Below are positions 14,477 through 16,052 of a stretch of 16,052 bases of DNA, one piece after another. The notes beneath the pieces are model-generated. The model searched no databases. It saw nothing but the letters and a program-made list of their open reading frames with translations, and was not told where the DNA came from. Source of the stretch: Abditibacteriaceae bacterium (GTDB taxonomy: Bacteria > Armatimonadota > Abditibacteriia > Abditibacteriales > Abditibacteriaceae); NCBI GenBank assembly GCA_031372065.1, contig JANMKN010000359.1, positions 1 to 16,052 on the forward strand, written 5' to 3'. The translations under genes were made by a program, and so were the position numbers. Within the stretch, counting starts at the first letter, position 1; each line of letters starts with the position of its first letter.

Positions 14477-15820
14477 ATGGCGACATTTTATTATTCGTTC
14501 GACGACACCAAAAATGACGGCTCCTCCCTCCACGGCGCCGAATGGGACGCTTTAACACGCATTTTCTCTTCACAGTTGCAGGGCGCCTTGCGCTTGCATG
14601 GTCCGGGCGTGGTGGCGTTGCCCGATGCAACATCATTTCAGGTGACAGCAGGCGGAGCAGGCGAGCCGTTTGTTGTTAACGCGGGCAGCGCACTTATCAA
14701 ACATGGCGTTGGCATTGTATGGTGTCTGGCAAATGACGAAACAGAGATCCCGTTATCCGCGCTCAGTGACGGCGATCAAAATTATATTCATGTCGCCGTT
14801 CAGGTGGCCGTGGCCGTGGCCGTTGGCGCGCCCGATACCAGAGAAAATGCTACGCCCATATTTGCGGTCTCCGATGAAGAGACGCTGGACGGCCACGAAC
14901 TTTTAGCCCAAATCACGTTTGAAGATGACGCCATCTTACTCGTTGTTGATCGGCGACGATTTTCACCCGCGCTGGGCCATAATCCGCTGCTTGCTTTGCT
15001 GTTTGGCAATGGGCGCATTGCCGGTTTCGATACCGCCATTGGTGCCCCCACGTTCGATGCGGGAACGCTCAACATCACCCTACCCGCCGGTTCGCAGTGG
15101 ATTATCTCCGGCACTTTCGTTCAGCTTGATAGTGATTTAACTATCGAAGTTCCCGCAAATGCTGCTGGACTGTGGGGCAAACTTTCTCTGGACGAATCGG
15201 GATTGCCCACGGTCTTGGAAGATGATTGGTTAAGCGTGGCACCCGCGCGCGGCGTTGGCGTGCTGGGCAACGTGACCAGCGATGCCACGCAGATTACCGC
15301 TTTTACCGATACGGCGCGTGACATCATCCAAACCGAAGCAGCGAAACAACAGCGTTTTGAAGCGATTGAAGCACGTCTGACCGTTGTAGAAGGCGGCGGT
15401 GGTGGAGGCGGCTCCACTTACACGGGTCTGGGGTTGTGGCTGCCAGATCCGGGCGACTCACGCCAAACCTACATCGTCATCGCGGCGATGATCGCTGCAC
15501 TGCGCGCTGAATTGCTGGCGCTGATTCGCGATGGCGGTGTGCGGCCCCAGCAAACCGATCTGGCAAAGCTGATTGGCGAAAATGCCATCATGCGTCAGGA
15601 AATCGCCAAGTGCCAGCTATTTCTGCGGAAGATTTCCGGCTTGCTCGATTTGGATTTGATGGTCGAACTGGGCCTTGAGCGAAGCCAATCAGCGAACATC
15701 GTCGGCATCCCCGGCGGCACGGAGATTTACGGTGCCGGTGGCAGCGTGGGCGCCACGTTCCCCGACCACTTGGGCGCTTCAACGCTAACGATGAACGACG
15801 ATGGCACCGTAGAGCCGTAA
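14477..15820 (+). CDS. Probable virion structural protein (minor tail/baseplate/fibre-like)
   Basis: Acidic, G/A/V/T-rich protein with two similar beta-rich modules (VNAGSALI..LLAQITF..VVDRR and LPAGSQWII..VLGNVTS..FTDTAR), a short coiled coil and a poly-Gly hinge. Start uncertain (no SD at ATG 14477). Confidence 0.55.
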   Translation: MATFYYSFDDTKNDGSSLHGAEWDALTRIFSSQLQGALRLHGPGVVALPDATSFQVTAGGAGEPFVVNAGSALIKHGVGIVWCLANDETEIPLSALSDGDQNYIHVAVQVAVAVAVGAPDTRENATPIFAVSDEETLDGHELLAQITFEDDAILLVVDRRRFSPALGHNPLLALLFGNGRIAGFDTAIGAPTFDAGTLNITLPAGSQWIISGTFVQLDSDLTIEVPANAAGLWGKLSLDESGLPTVLEDDWLSVAPARGVGVLGNVTSDATQITAFTDTARDIIQTEAAKQQRFEAIEARLTVVEGGGGGGGSTYTGLGLWLPDPGDSRQTYIVIAAMIAALRAELLALIRDGGVRPQQTDLAKLIGENAIMRQEIAKCQLFLRKISGLLDLDLMVELGLERSQSANIVGIPGGTEIYGAGGSVGATFPDHLGASTLTMNDDGTVEP

Positions 15821-15912
15821 AAACAGCCGTAAAAAGCAAGTTGGCAACATCGGGCGATGCTTTGGCGATGTCTTGGCTTTGACCCGTTTGCATATTTTTG
15901 GAGGAAAGAACA

Positions 15913-16052
15913 ATGGAAGAAAACACGATCAATGCACTTGATTATCTGGCCCCACAACAAGGCCAAAGCGAAATGTCACAGTTCGTGCTGGAAGAGTCGA
16001 GGGCGCTCTTGCGCTTGACTCATGGCAAGCGGCAACTGGACGCAAAGTTGAA
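15913..16052 (+). CDS. Hypothetical protein, 5' part only
   Basis: GGAGG SD, ATG 15913, MEENTINALDYLAPQQGQSEMSQFVLEESRALLRLTHGKRQLDAKL open to the window edge. Confidence 0.7.
   Translation, partial: MEENTINALDYLAPQQGQSEMSQFVLEESRALLRLTHGKRQLDAKL

Larger units (their letters stand above)
1..16052. mobile_element. Segment of a temperate phage, probably a phage-plasmid (partition, switch, early/replication, lysis and tail-like modules)
   Basis: Divergent repressor/Cro-like pair, O-like initiator with iterons, SSAP-like gene, VRR-NUC, holin-like and tail-like genes, plus parAB. No host housekeeping genes and no integrase in the window. Element ends are not visible. Confidence 0.85.

Noticed and set aside
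15391..15412. GGC/GGT run as a functional DNA repeat
   Set aside because: Explained by a poly-Gly hinge in the structural protein.
1..16052. tRNA, rRNA, integrase, transposase, reverse transcriptase or cas genes
   Set aside because: No supporting motifs seen on manual reading; a covariance-model/HMM scan would be needed to exclude them fully.

Overview
This window reads as part of a temperate phage that is probably maintained as a plasmid (phage-plasmid). Left arm (minus strand): a putative lysogeny operon made of an S24-peptidase repressor, a small membrane ORF, parA and parB (parB runs off the left edge and is missing from the ORF track). The repressor faces a small divergent regulator across a lambda-like switch region with three 17-bp operators, but both regulators appear to use ribbon-helix-helix (RHH) rather than helix-turn-helix DNA-binding domains. 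The plus-strand early arm (2825-12177) encodes a coiled-coil protein, a probable single-strand annealing protein, a phage metallopeptidase, a replication initiator with an internal iteron origin, a PAPS-reductase-family PP-loop enzyme and a J-domain protein. A convergent minus-strand unit (14204-12334) encodes a holin-like protein, a membrane-anchored coiled-coil protein and a Zn-ribbon/VRR-NUC nuclease that is preceded by a hairpin repeat-spacer-repeat. A control region with a leader terminator and a GAAC-N4-GTTC box separates this unit from a tail-like structural gene. All calls come from manual motif reading; no database searches were run.
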